IMG/VR virus record: IMGVR_UViG_3300037067_008064
Location: 128,001-192,000 of that record
Origin: a virus
Lineage: Duplodnaviria > Heunggongvirae > Uroviricota > Caudoviricetes
Reading direction: 5' to 3' (one strand)
DNA: 64,000 nucleotides
Shown here: one piece after another, positions 28,816 to 39,056 of the stretch
Position numbering within the stretch: position 1 is the first letter of the stretch
Layout: the number at the start of each line of letters is the position of its first letter
Program-made: the position numbers and the translations under genes
The notes under the pieces: generated by a model
The model's input: the letters and a program-made list of their open reading frames with translations, nothing else
The model's database searches: none
What the model was told of the DNA's origin: nothing

Positions 28816-30255
28816 TTAATTAACCAAAGACATATTAATTTTGGATTTTCTTTCTTTTAGTATTTTCTTTAATTCATCTGCTTCTTTTTCGGCTTTAAAT
28901 GAAATTGCTTTTGCATTTTTTCTTTGTGTATAATAATCAAATAATAATTGGTACATTAGTGGTTCAATTGTTGCATCAAATACTGCACCACTAAAACACT
29001 TAATTTGATTTTCATTAGTAACAAAATCTTTATTTTTGGTTATAAAATTTTCTAATGATATCATAAATTGCATCATGATATGTGGGTATAAGGATTTAAA
29101 GTCAAAACATAATACCCACTCATATAAATCTCTTATTGGTTCAAATACAAATGCTCCTTCATATTCCTTTCGAGGTTGTTTGTTTACTTTAGGAAAAAAT
29201 TGATTTCTTTTAATTGCATATTTTACTAAACTTGATTCTAACATAGCAATAGGTGAAAACGCATCCATTGCTTCAACATTAGTTAAATAACCTAATCCAA
29301 GAAAAATATTCATTGTTTTTAGTTTTTCATCATTTAATTCTACTAATATTGAGTCTATTGCATTATAAAAAACATATTTAACAAAATCTTTATTATATAA
29401 TTCTGTAAATGTTCCTGGATATTTAATCTTAGTAATACCAGTAACTGCTTCGGACACAAATTCTAAAGAATCATTTTCTTTTACTTCAACGCTTTTATCC
29501 CATTTTTTATAAATTTTTTGATAATCAACTATTAATTTATGTTGAGGTAAAAGTATTTCTACTGTTTCATATTTATTTTTTTCTTTATATGTTTTCCATT
29601 GTTTAGTTGGGGATAGCCAAGATATATCTAAATTTAATCTTTTGCATCTATTGTAAATATATTGCCAATCATATATCCAGAAATTCCACCCTGTTGTAAG
29701 AGGTGCGTGTCTTAAATAGTTATAAAGAAAATCATATAACATATCAGACTCATCATTATATTTCTTATATACAAAATTATATTTTTTACCTGTTTTTGCA
29801 ATATGTTCATTTATACTTTTTTCAATAAAAGCACAATCTTCACCACTTAAATCTTTTAACCCAAATACTATTATATCTGGATAACAACACCAAGAAATTG
29901 TATTAATTCTGTTGGTTGCATCTTTGGCTTCTGCAAACCCATCTTCTGTAACATCTACTTCAATATCACAACAATACATTTTTGGGAAAATCTTTTCAAA
30001 TACAACTGGTATTTGATCTTTAATTTTTAAAAAAATTTCTTGAATACGATATCTACTAAGGAATTGAGCCGGAACTTTAACAATAGGTTTATTATCCCAA
30101 CTTGTTATTCCCGGTATTCCTCTGGCACTTCTGGAATAAACATAAGAAAATTGTTCTTCTGGTGGTATGTCAATTTGTGTAAATGATATTCCCCTATCTT
30201 TATTGACATAAGAAACAATCAATTTATTCATTCTTTGTTCTATGGATATTATCAT
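28816..30255 (-). CDS. Family B DNA polymerase, N-terminal half (gp43A-like: exonuclease, motif A, first finger helix)
   Basis: ExoI CDIEV, ExoII TGWNFWIYDW, ExoIII YNAIDS, motif A FDFKSLYPHIM; ends after QRKNAK. Confidence 0.93.
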   Translation of the reverse strand: MIISIEQRMNKLIVSYVNKDRGISFTQIDIPPEEQFSYVYSRSARGIPGITSWDNKPIVKVPAQFLSRYRIQEIFLKIKDQIPVVFEKIFPKMYCCDIEVDVTEDGFAEAKDATNRINTISWCCYPDIIVFGLKDLSGEDCAFIEKSINEHIAKTGKKYNFVYKKYNDESDMLYDFLYNYLRHAPLTTGWNFWIYDWQYIYNRCKRLNLDISWLSPTKQWKTYKEKNKYETVEILLPQHKLIVDYQKIYKKWDKSVEVKENDSLEFVSEAVTGITKIKYPGTFTELYNKDFVKYVFYNAIDSILVELNDEKLKTMNIFLGLGYLTNVEAMDAFSPIAMLESSLVKYAIKRNQFFPKVNKQPRKEYEGAFVFEPIRDLYEWVLCFDFKSLYPHIMMQFMISLENFITKNKDFVTNENQIKCFSGAVFDATIEPLMYQLLFDYYTQRKNAKAISFKAEKEADELKKILKERKSKINMSLVN

Positions 30256-30258
30256 ACG

Positions 30259-30699
30259 TTAAAAATTATTATATGCAAGATTTATCTTTTCGAGTTTAAT
30301 ATTGAAATATTTACATAAATCTTCTAAATTATAAAATACTGGTATTTTATGTAATTTGGCTGTGGATTCTTCTAAATCTGCACCTTTACTGGGTATTTCT
30401 ATGCCTAATTTATCTAAAGGTTTTAATCTTAAAATAGCATTACAAACTAATAAATAATTTATATCTAAATCCATAATAAGTTCTTCGTGTGATTGCCATC
30501 TTATTTGTTGAAAATGAGTAAGTAATGGTGTGTAAGGTGCAAAACCTAATTGAAGTAAAGTATGTGACATATCTAATTGTCTATTCACATTTTCTATTTT
30601 ATCTCCAATTGTATATGGGCTTGCTATATAAACCTTTATTATATTATATTTGTCTATTGTTTTTTTAAATTGTTTTGATATATTAAGTTCTGATTTCAT
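30259..30699 (-). CDS. Nucleoside deoxyribosyltransferase-like (DUF4406/DUF1937-type) protein
   Basis: VYIASPYT...CNAILRL...SKGADLE...IPVF. Confidence 0.7.
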   Translation of the reverse strand: MKSELNISKQFKKTIDKYNIIKVYIASPYTIGDKIENVNRQLDMSHTLLQLGFAPYTPLLTHFQQIRWQSHEELIMDLDINYLLVCNAILRLKPLDKLGIEIPSKGADLEESTAKLHKIPVFYNLEDLCKYFNIKLEKINLAYNNF

Positions 30700-30886
30700 T
30701 ATTTTCTTTATCTATTAATTCTTTTAATTCTTTGTTACAATATTCAAAATTATTTTCTGTTAAATAATTTCCCTCAATAAAATCATCAAAAATATCAATA
30801 TTATTTTCAACTTCATTATTTTTTGTTGGTACTTCCAAATGCTCCATCACCTCTTGTAGTTTTTTCTGAATATAAATCTTTTTCAT
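30683..30886 (-). CDS. Small hypothetical protein (start uncertain)
   Basis: Fills the gap between dut and the next gene. Confidence 0.4.
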   Translation of the reverse strand: MKKIYIQKKLQEVMEHLEVPTKNNEVENNIDIFDDFIEGNYLTENNFEYCNKELKELIDKENNEIRT

Positions 30887-31364
30887 TTACTATTTCAATA
30901 TCAGAAGTATAAATTGGTGTTTCTATAAACTGAATTATTTTTTCATCTTCATATATGAATATATTATCAGTTCCGGTATTTATTAATCCAATATGTATTT
31001 CACCTTGATATTCATAGTCAACAACTTGTGCACTGTATACAAGTCCTTTCTTAGTTGAAATACCTCCTTTGTTTGAAGCTATTAAAGCTCTATCTGGAGT
31101 TTGCATAAGACATTTAAATCCACATGGAATTAATATACGATGGTGTGGTGGTAAAATAATAAAATTCTTTTCTTTGTTAAATACAAGAACTGAATTTCTA
31201 ATAAATTCTGGCCCATTATTTTTTTCTTTTAAATCTACTAAAAATTGTTCATCAAATTTAGGTACATAAAAATCAATGCCGGCATCATATTTATTAGCTC
31301 TACTTGGTGGAATGTTTTCATCTGAACGAACACTCGCAAATTTAATTATACTATTATTACTCAT
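30816..31364 (-). CDS. dut: dUTPase (trimeric)
   Basis: DAGIDF, VVDYEYQGEI, RGDGAFGST. Confidence 0.93.
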   Translation of the reverse strand: MSNNSIIKFASVRSDENIPPSRANKYDAGIDFYVPKFDEQFLVDLKEKNNGPEFIRNSVLVFNKEKNFIILPPHHRILIPCGFKCLMQTPDRALIASNKGGISTKKGLVYSAQVVDYEYQGEIHIGLINTGTDNIFIYEDEKIIQFIETPIYTSDIEIVNEKDLYSEKTTRGDGAFGSTNKK

Positions 31365-31429
31365 ATTAAAAATTTTTAATGTGTTTTCTTTTTATATAAT
31401 GAAAACTATTGTAAGTTTTTAAAAGAAGA

Positions 31430-32467
31430 TTAATTTTTTGGTGAATATTTATCCCAAAGTTCTTCTACTTCTTTTTCATATCCTTCTTCTTTTAATTCTT
31501 TAGATAATTCAGAAAGAAGTTTATCGTGTCTAACACCTGCAGTCCATATACTATGATCATCTGACATTTCATAAAACCAATCATGAACCTTTAATTCATG
31601 TTCAAGATATTCTAATTTAGTTAAATATTTATCTTTAAAAATTTCACCCATTTCCCATTTATTATATTTTTTTCCATCTAATTCAAAAAGCCAATCCCCT
31701 CTCCATCTTGAAATTTTATGTGCAATTATTATGGTACCATCTTTAAAATAAACTTTAAATAAAATTGGGTATTTTTTAGTTGTTCCAGATAATGGTTCTA
31801 CTTTATCTAAATATTTTTCAGCGTATTTTTCATAGGTTTCTTTTCCTTCTTCATATTTAATTATATCATCTGGAATTCTATATAACAAAGTTATATATAA
31901 ATCTTCCATTAATTCTTTATTACCAAATTCATCATATGTATTTTTCATATATTCATCTAATGGTTTAATCTTGTATTTTTTTGTTGATTTAACAGTTCCA
32001 TCCGGCCCTTTTTTAAAAGGTGTATCTACTTTCATTTTCTTTAACATCGCATTTCCTACTTTATCATAAGGATTTACAAATCCACCTTCTTTAATTCTTT
32101 TTTTCTTTTTTCTTGTTAATGAAGATTGAGTAAACATTTTAAAATTACTATTTCCAAATTTATCTCCAGAACCAATACCATATGTTAAAGTAGAACCAGG
32201 AACTACATTCCCCATACCTGGAGTATTATTTAGTGTTGCCATTGGAGAACTTACACCACCAACTGCATCTTCTCTTACTATTTGATTAAATTTTTCTATT
32301 GTTTTAACATTTAATAAAAGGCCGTCCCATTTTTTAACTGCCATTTCTTTACTTTTAGCTGTTGGGCCTTGAGCTCCACAAATTTGACAGAAAACATAAG
32401 CATAATCTCCTTCAACTTCATAGTATGAAATTAATTCTACACTTTTACAAAATGGACATGGTTTCAT
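31430..32467 (-). CDS. Multi-module protein with N-terminal Lar-type (restriction alleviation) zinc finger
   Basis: MKPCPFCKS...VFCQICGAQGP...AVKKW; later modules separated by VRE/IKE/LME. Confidence 0.65.
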   Translation of the reverse strand: MKPCPFCKSVELISYYEVEGDYAYVFCQICGAQGPTAKSKEMAVKKWDGLLLNVKTIEKFNQIVREDAVGGVSSPMATLNNTPGMGNVVPGSTLTYGIGSGDKFGNSNFKMFTQSSLTRKKKKRIKEGGFVNPYDKVGNAMLKKMKVDTPFKKGPDGTVKSTKKYKIKPLDEYMKNTYDEFGNKELMEDLYITLLYRIPDDIIKYEEGKETYEKYAEKYLDKVEPLSGTTKKYPILFKVYFKDGTIIIAHKISRWRGDWLFELDGKKYNKWEMGEIFKDKYLTKLEYLEHELKVHDWFYEMSDDHSIWTAGVRHDKLLSELSKELKEEGYEKEVEELWDKYSPKN

Positions 32468-32501
32468 AAAACAATCTTATTTTATTTATATATTTTAAAA
32501 G

Positions 32502-32526
32502 AAAAAGGGAGTATTACTACTCCCTT
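32502..32526. terminator. Intrinsic terminator
   Basis: aagggagta-ttac-tactccctt, followed on the minus strand by the late promoter at 32485. Confidence 0.8.
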
Positions 32527-32553
32527 CTCTTTATTATAAATTTAATTATATAA

Positions 32554-33969
32554 TTATTCTTTTGGTTCTTCGGGTTCTTTATTTTCTTCTTCATTATCAT
32601 CATTTAAGAATGAAAGAATATCTTCATCACTGCCTTTATCTTCTGTTGGTTCTTCAGCAGGTTCTGATGTTTCTTCATTATCTTCTGTTGATATTTCACC
32701 ACCAAACATTTCTTCAATATTTACACCTTTATCTTCTAACCAAGATTTAAGATCATCCCAATATTCAGCACTTACTTTAATTTGACCTTCAATTTCATTA
32801 CCATCTTCATCAATTACTTTTTCAGCCACAACTTTTTTATCTTCAAGTTCTTTAATAGCATCATCAGCATTATCTACAGTAATAACAAATTCAGTAATTT
32901 CTACTTTATTTTCATCTTCATCTTCATCTGATTTTGTTTCATCATCATATTCTTTTGTTTCATCATCTTCAGATTTATCTTTAGGTTCTTCAGTAGGTTC
33001 TTCTGGAGTTTCTACTTCTTCTTCTTTTTCTTTCTTTTCTTCTAAAGGTTCTTTTTCAGTTTCTTCAGTTTCTTTGGCTTCTTCTTCTTCCTTTAATAAT
33101 TGGGCTCTCCTATTACGAATATTTTCAACAATACGTTTTACTTTTCTTCTTCTAGCTTCAAAAGATTCATCCATATCTCTATCTAATTGTTTACGTCTTA
33201 AATACGTTCCAATTTCATCGTCATCATCATCAAAATCTTTATGTTCTTCAGTTGGTTCTTCTGGTTCATCTTCTTCCGCCAAATTTCTATCGTACAACCC
33301 AGGTTTACCAGTTCTTTTATCTGTAAAATCACCCCTTCTATAAGAACCTCTCGGTCTTATTTCTTCTTCTGATTCTTCTGGTTCTTCATTTCTATTTCTT
33401 CCTCTAAAGAAAATAGGTTCATCTGTTGGTTCAGCAACTTCAGCATCTGTAAATCTTGAATTTCTACCAAATCCTCTAAACTTTCCTACTTGGTCTTCAT
33501 CATCATCACATGTACAATCTTCATTCATTCTTCTTCCTGGTTTAATATGTCCATTACCACATCCACATCCACCATTTCTTCTATTTCTAAAAGATTCAGA
33601 AATAGTAGTATTTTGTGCTGGTTGAATTTTAGTTGCCAAACGTCTGCCTAAATCAGATAATTTATAATAGGTAACTCCATTTTTACTTTCAGTTACAAAA
33701 TATTTTTCATTTCTTTTAATCCACATCGAAGCTGCCGCAGGTCTTGCTTTGCCTTCATTTAATCCTAAGATAAATTTACGTAAATCATTTCTAGATACTT
33801 TTTGATTTTCATTAACATAAGAAAGTATTTGGTTTCTTATTGGGCCCGTTGAACCTACACTTATGGGCTGACGTTCACCATATTTTCTTTTTAAAACAAA
33901 ACTTTTTGATTCATTTAAAAATTCATTAAGTGTTGTTGGTACATAACTTTGTTTCATATTATTTAACAT
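32554..33969 (-). CDS. Highly acidic protein with N-terminal wHTH-like domain, probable internal head/scaffold-type protein
   Basis: Leader TLNEFLNE; E/D-rich PTEE repeats; late promoter at 33985. Confidence 0.55.
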   Translation of the reverse strand: MLNNMKQSYVPTTLNEFLNESKSFVLKRKYGERQPISVGSTGPIRNQILSYVNENQKVSRNDLRKFILGLNEGKARPAAASMWIKRNEKYFVTESKNGVTYYKLSDLGRRLATKIQPAQNTTISESFRNRRNGGCGCGNGHIKPGRRMNEDCTCDDDEDQVGKFRGFGRNSRFTDAEVAEPTDEPIFFRGRNRNEEPEESEEEIRPRGSYRRGDFTDKRTGKPGLYDRNLAEEDEPEEPTEEHKDFDDDDDEIGTYLRRKQLDRDMDESFEARRRKVKRIVENIRNRRAQLLKEEEEAKETEETEKEPLEEKKEKEEEVETPEEPTEEPKDKSEDDETKEYDDETKSDEDEDENKVEITEFVITVDNADDAIKELEDKKVVAEKVIDEDGNEIEGQIKVSAEYWDDLKSWLEDKGVNIEEMFGGEISTEDNEETSEPAEEPTEDKGSDEDILSFLNDDNEEENKEPEEPKE

Positions 33970-34048
33970 TATTTTTCTTTTTTATTTATATATTCACTTT
34001 TAAAATTAACAATTTAGAAGTTTATGTTAACATCAATTAAAGATATTG

Positions 34049-35098
34049 TTATTCATCTAATTTAGGAATTTTGTGTAATTTAAATGATTCTTCAATTTCG
34101 GGTTCTTCAATTTCTTTTTTATTTTCTTCATCTTCTACAGGATTAGATAATTTATCATCTAATTCATCTTCATCAATTTCATGAGCTTCATCATAATCAT
34201 CTGACAACCAAGATATAATATCTTTTTTTGTTAAATAACTCATATAAGTTTTAGTACCAAAGGTTTCTGATTTACCTTCAATTACTTTTTCTTTCCATCT
34301 TGAATCTTCATCATCTTTATAAATTTTGCCTATAAAGGAATTATCATCATCATCAATTTCAACATAAAATACAGTTTCTGCATCTTCATCTTGTTCATCA
34401 AAATCAATAACAGATTCTTCTTCATCTTCATTTGCTTCTAAAAGAATATCTTTATATGATTCATTTGTATTATAAAATCTTGAATCTAATTTTTTAGAAA
34501 TTTGTTGTCTAAAAATTAATGGATTTATATCATTCCTTTTAAGAATATTATCAAAAAGTTCACTATCATTAGGATGATTATTATAAAACATAATAGCTAA
34601 TTCTTTTAAAAGATTTTCATTTTTATATAATTTATTTTTGCATTGTGTTAATTCATAAGAATCATCTTCATCATGAACTAAATAATTTTCTTTTATAAAA
34701 CTTTCATTAATAACATCTCTAAGAATATCAATCAATTGTTTAACTGTAATAGGTTCATTTGAACGGTGTGTTCCATATCTTTGTATATAGGAATTAACTT
34801 TACTTAATATATGAGATTCATTTTCTAAAATTGATTCTTTTACGGGAGTTTTATCAGTAGTTTGTGTAGTTTGTTGGTTTTGTTCTGTATGTTGAAGCTG
34901 CCCCATACTAGTTAACATAGTACTATCTAACTGTCCTTGTAATTTAGATAATTGTAATTTAAAATTATTAATTCTTAAATCTAACTCATCCATTGCTTTT
35001 TGATGTGTTAACTTATCTTTTTCAGCAGCTAATAATTGTTGTTGAACTGCAGCAACTTGTGTTGCAGCATCTTCTTTAAGTATATTACGTTTAGCCAT
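34049..35098 (-). CDS. Multi-module coiled-coil/acidic protein, probable internal head protein
   Basis: MAKRNILKE leader; VKES, INES and LLE linkers. Confidence 0.55.
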   Translation of the reverse strand: MAKRNILKEDAATQVAAVQQQLLAAEKDKLTHQKAMDELDLRINNFKLQLSKLQGQLDSTMLTSMGQLQHTEQNQQTTQTTDKTPVKESILENESHILSKVNSYIQRYGTHRSNEPITVKQLIDILRDVINESFIKENYLVHDEDDSYELTQCKNKLYKNENLLKELAIMFYNNHPNDSELFDNILKRNDINPLIFRQQISKKLDSRFYNTNESYKDILLEANEDEEESVIDFDEQDEDAETVFYVEIDDDDNSFIGKIYKDDEDSRWKEKVIEGKSETFGTKTYMSYLTKKDIISWLSDDYDEAHEIDEDELDDKLSNPVEDEENKKEIEEPEIEESFKLHKIPKLDE

Positions 35099-35101
35099 TT
35101 T

Positions 35102-35839
35102 TTAATTTATTTTAATTCTTCTTAATTTCCATGATTCACTTATTTTTTGTTTAGTTTCATCAGAAAGTTTTTTACCTTTTCCACCTTTAGCATTTGTATT
35201 TCCTATTTTTGATAAACTCATTCTTTTTTTGATTTCTTCAGAACGTTTAACATTTTTATTTGATTCACTTCTTATTTTTCTATTTTCTATAGCTCCTTCG
35301 TTACCAAATAAATTTATATATGTTCTTCCTTTAAGAATATTACTTATTTTTTGTTTTGTTTCTGAACTTAGACTTCTACCTTTTAATGTATTACTTATTT
35401 TTTGTTTTGTTTCTAAGGAAATAAAATTGCTTTTTCTATTTTCTTTATATGCTAATTTTAAAGATTCACTTAATCTTTTTTTAGTTTCTTCAGAAGCTTT
35501 TCTTCCTTTATGAAATTCACTTAATTTTTTTCTTCCATCTTCAGACATTCCACCAGAAACTTGATGTCCACCTCTTGGGCTTATATTATAACCCATTGGT
35601 TGTAATGTATTAAATTGATTGATATATTTTTCTTGAGCATCGAAAGCTTCTTTTTTGGTATTAAATTGTTCAAGAATTTCTTTTTTAAAATTTTGTTTAC
35701 CATATTTTTTAATAGCTTTATGAATTAATTCTCCACTTCCTAAATATCCATCATCTAAATTATTTGTTGAATGATCTCCAATATATTGTTTGCCATTTAT
35801 AATATTAGTTGTTATGTAAATATAATTAAAATGTTTCAT
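35102..35839 (-). CDS. GIY-YIG homing endonuclease with NUMOD3
   Basis: YIYITTNIINGKQYIGDH...YLGSG; SEETK repeats. Confidence 0.92.
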   Translation of the reverse strand: MKHFNYIYITTNIINGKQYIGDHSTNNLDDGYLGSGELIHKAIKKYGKQNFKKEILEQFNTKKEAFDAQEKYINQFNTLQPMGYNISPRGGHQVSGGMSEDGRKKLSEFHKGRKASEETKKRLSESLKLAYKENRKSNFISLETKQKISNTLKGRSLSSETKQKISNILKGRTYINLFGNEGAIENRKIRSESNKNVKRSEEIKKRMSLSKIGNTNAKGGKGKKLSDETKQKISESWKLRRIKIN

Positions 35840-35848
35840 ATGTTTTAT

Positions 35849-37627
35849 TTATATATTAGTTTGTTGAACTCTAATCATGCCACTCCAAGTTTTATATTCG
35901 CTAATTATTGAATCATAAAATGAATGTATGGGTTCAGGAGTAAGGGAATTAAATTTAGATGGGTTTTGATCTTCAATTGCTCTTAATAAATCGTGTCTAT
36001 CTTTATTAGTCATTTCATTTATACTAAATTCATTTTCTACATTTAAACGCCTTCCCATAATTTCTTCTTCAAAATATAATTGCAATGCTAATTCAGATTT
36101 TTTACCTGTATCAGTTATAATAACTATTGGTTCATAATCAGGTCTACAGTATTGAAATATATCGGTTAAATCCCAAGATTCTAATAAAACAGAATTAACA
36201 ATTTGATCTGATTTAAAATTACAAAGAGATTTCATTTGAGCTTCTAATAAATTATCACTAATTGTAAAATTATCTCCTTTTATTTTTCTTTGTGAACTTA
36301 TTGCACCTAATATAATTGGCATATTCCACAACATCGCCATATCAATAATATTTTCAAATTGTGAATTTGAAAATGGCAAATAATCAGTTATATAAATAAT
36401 ACATTTTTCTTTTCCTTTGTTTACATTAAATGCCTTAGATTCAAATGCTTTTTGAATAGATGCTATAACTCTCATGTTATCAATATCATTTTCTCTTGTT
36501 GCATTAATTTGACTCACTAAAACATTATCTGATCTTCCTTCATCTATTGTTTGTGCAAATTGACTATTTACAGTATTATTAATTAAAAATACATATGTAT
36601 TAAATTTTTTAACAATATCTTCTGTTAATAATCCATAAGCTTTTTTATATTTTCTAAATGAAGATAAAATAATTTTATAAATAGCTTCATATAAAGCCCC
36701 CTCTTGTAAAATTTTTAATGTTTTATTATTATTAATTAAATTAATATTTAATTTTCCATAAAATCCATATTGTGGAGGATTTAAAAATTTAACATCAATA
36801 TCAGATTCATTTATTTCAAATGCTTTTCTTTCAATAAAATTATTAAATATATCATTAATAATTTCTAAATATCTTTCATCTATATTATAACTATTAATAT
36901 TTGGTAATGTATAGTTATCCATAAAATTATTAAGTGACATCACGATAATATCATAATAATCTCTTGGAGTTGCGAAATCCTTTTCATATGCTTCATTAAG
37001 CACTTCAAATTCTTTAGATAAAATTTGGAAAATACCATCTTTACCTTTAATTATTATACCTTCTATAATGTTCTCTTTAGAATATGAATTTTCAAAATAA
37101 TCTCTAAGAAATTCAGTTATTGAAATAGGAAATTTATCTATACCATAATTATATAATGCATTTTTTTGTTGTTCTGTTAATAACCCCTGATAAATAATTG
37201 GTGGTCTACCCATACATAATTTACCTGCCCATTCCTTAAGTTCATTATAATCTGATATTTCAGTTTTTTTATCTTGAATTATAATATCTGTTAAAATATA
37301 TTTTGGTAAATGTGCATAAGGAATTCGTATAGGTCTTTCAATGGGTGTATATGCAATTCCAAATCTGTAATTTTCTGGAATATCTATTTTTTCTAATAAT
37401 GCTGGTATTTGATGAAATGCTGGTTCCCATATATTTGTAATAACTCTTTCAATTAAATTAATAGGTGTACCATCTTTTTTATAAAAACAAATATTTCCAT
37501 CTTTCTTTTCAAACATTAATCTATAGGTATCAAGTTTTTCAAAAATAATAACCTCATCATTTAAAAATTGATTTAAATATTCAACACCTCTTTTTTCTAA
37601 GATTTGATTTATTGTATTAATTGCCAT
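35849..37627 (-). CDS. Degenerate ligase-like NTase fused to a degenerate HIGH-family NTase (start revised to MAIN)
   Basis: EKLDTY and EGIIIK (ligase motifs I and IV); C-terminal IYITDYLPFSNSQ resembles GRFQPFHxGH without the His residues. Confidence 0.5.
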   Translation of the reverse strand: MAINTINQILEKRGVEYLNQFLNDEVIIFEKLDTYRLMFEKKDGNICFYKKDGTPINLIERVITNIWEPAFHQIPALLEKIDIPENYRFGIAYTPIERPIRIPYAHLPKYILTDIIIQDKKTEISDYNELKEWAGKLCMGRPPIIYQGLLTEQQKNALYNYGIDKFPISITEFLRDYFENSYSKENIIEGIIIKGKDGIFQILSKEFEVLNEAYEKDFATPRDYYDIIVMSLNNFMDNYTLPNINSYNIDERYLEIINDIFNNFIERKAFEINESDIDVKFLNPPQYGFYGKLNINLINNNKTLKILQEGALYEAIYKIILSSFRKYKKAYGLLTEDIVKKFNTYVFLINNTVNSQFAQTIDEGRSDNVLVSQINATRENDIDNMRVIASIQKAFESKAFNVNKGKEKCIIYITDYLPFSNSQFENIIDMAMLWNMPIILGAISSQRKIKGDNFTISDNLLEAQMKSLCNFKSDQIVNSVLLESWDLTDIFQYCRPDYEPIVIITDTGKKSELALQLYFEEEIMGRRLNVENEFSINEMTNKDRHDLLRAIEDQNPSKFNSLTPEPIHSFYDSIISEYKTWSGMIRVQQTNI

Positions 37628-37663
37628 AAATATTGTTTTAGTATTTATATATTTATTCAAATT

Positions 37664-37689
37664 AAAAAAGGAGCAATTATCTCCTTTTT
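37664..37689. terminator. Intrinsic terminator
   Basis: aaaaaggag-caattat-ctccttttt, followed on the minus strand by the late promoter at 37644. Confidence 0.75.
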
Positions 37690-38300
37690 ACTATTATTTG
37701 TTTTCCTGATGCTACTATTAAATTAAGTGCGTTAGGGTAAATTGATTTATATGTCATAACAGAACCTGCATCATTAAATCCTTCTAACCAATTACCAACG
37801 GCCCCGTGTTTATCTTCATACCATATAGCTTTTGCTATATTATTATCTATCAGCCAAATATCAAATTTGCCGTTTTTTTTCATTAAATTTCCTATTTCTT
37901 TTTGAACTTCTTCTGCACAATCTTGCGCGTATAATCCACGTAAATTATCTTTAATTGTATTGGCTTTTTTAAGACAATCTTTAAATTCTGTATTTATTTT
38001 GGCTTGTTCAAGATAATTATCATATTCATAATCATCTAATGTTGCATTAGGTACAAGATAAATTTTGTCTTTAATATTTATTAAATCATATATATCAATT
38101 TCATCTTTAAAAATAGTAGCAAATATTGCAGGTTTTTCATAAACAAAATTATCAACTTGTTCTTTACTATAATAAAAAGATTTTTTGGGGTCTTTAGGTA
38201 TAAGTCCATTTCTATATATTGAATCACGATATTTTGAAGATGATACATGTAATAAATATCTTGTTGATTTAACAATATCTAATGATTCTTTAACAAGCAT
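37677..38300 (-). CDS. Putative ADP-ribosyltransferase-fold (Tpt1/ART-like) protein with LVKESL leader
   Basis: YLLHVSSSKYRDSIYRNGLIPK...AIFAT...IWLID...YKSIYPNAL. Confidence 0.55.
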   Translation of the reverse strand: MLVKESLDIVKSTRYLLHVSSSKYRDSIYRNGLIPKDPKKSFYYSKEQVDNFVYEKPAIFATIFKDEIDIYDLINIKDKIYLVPNATLDDYEYDNYLEQAKINTEFKDCLKKANTIKDNLRGLYAQDCAEEVQKEIGNLMKKNGKFDIWLIDNNIAKAIWYEDKHGAVGNWLEGFNDAGSVMTYKSIYPNALNLIVASGKQIIVKRR

Positions 38301-38308
38301 GTTAAATA

Positions 38309-39046
38309 TTATTTTGCATATTTATCTTCCCAAACAATAATACTTCCTTTTTCATGTGAACTTGCTGAACCATCTTGCTCTAAATCATCTCTATATCCAG
38401 ATGCAATTTCACTAGATCTAAAGGTCATGGTTTTTTTACTATTATCACTAATACAATAAGTGAAAAACCCAGTTTTGTTTCCTTTAGGAAACGCATCTAT
38501 TCTAGTAATATACCAAAAACTTCCAGGTAAAGGAAATTTTTCATTTATGTATTCTTGAAAATCATCTACTTCTCCATCAGAAATAGTTGGTTCATGCCAA
38601 TAAGTCTTTGGTTCAAACCATTCATCTTCATTTAAATTTTCTCTTACCAAAGATTCTATTAATGGTATTGCACTTACAACTTTATAACTATCAACATTAT
38701 AACCCATCATTTTTAAAGTTCTTAAAATATCTAATTGATTAGTATATGGATCTGGTATAGATTTTTTTTGAAACTGCATTTTAGTAATAGTAACAATTTT
38801 TTTATTAGGTAATATTACTCTTACTTCTTTATATCTTTTTTCTTTTTCTTCATTTAAAGATTCATCAACATCCTTTACATATTTAAAATATAATTTATCT
38901 AATTCTTCTTGGGTTGCTTCCATTTGACCATTATTAAATTTGGTTAACATGGATTTAATAAAATTAATATGCCCTCTTTCTTCTGGATATATTTCTTGTA
39001 AATCAGATAAATGAGACATAATAGCCATATATAAATCTATCTTCAT
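38309..39046 (-). CDS. Multi-module hypothetical protein
   Basis: Linkers VDESLNEE and LIESLVRENLNE. Confidence 0.6.
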   Translation of the reverse strand: MKIDLYMAIMSHLSDLQEIYPEERGHINFIKSMLTKFNNGQMEATQEELDKLYFKYVKDVDESLNEEKEKRYKEVRVILPNKKIVTITKMQFQKKSIPDPYTNQLDILRTLKMMGYNVDSYKVVSAIPLIESLVRENLNEDEWFEPKTYWHEPTISDGEVDDFQEYINEKFPLPGSFWYITRIDAFPKGNKTGFFTYCISDNSKKTMTFRSSEIASGYRDDLEQDGSASSHEKGSIIVWEDKYAK

Positions 39047-39056
39047 AAATATTAAA

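Noticed and set aside
4504-30255. Split intein or intron joining the polymerase halves
   Set aside because: There is no intein N-terminal block or terminal His-Asn at the junction ends; both ends are plain charged helices
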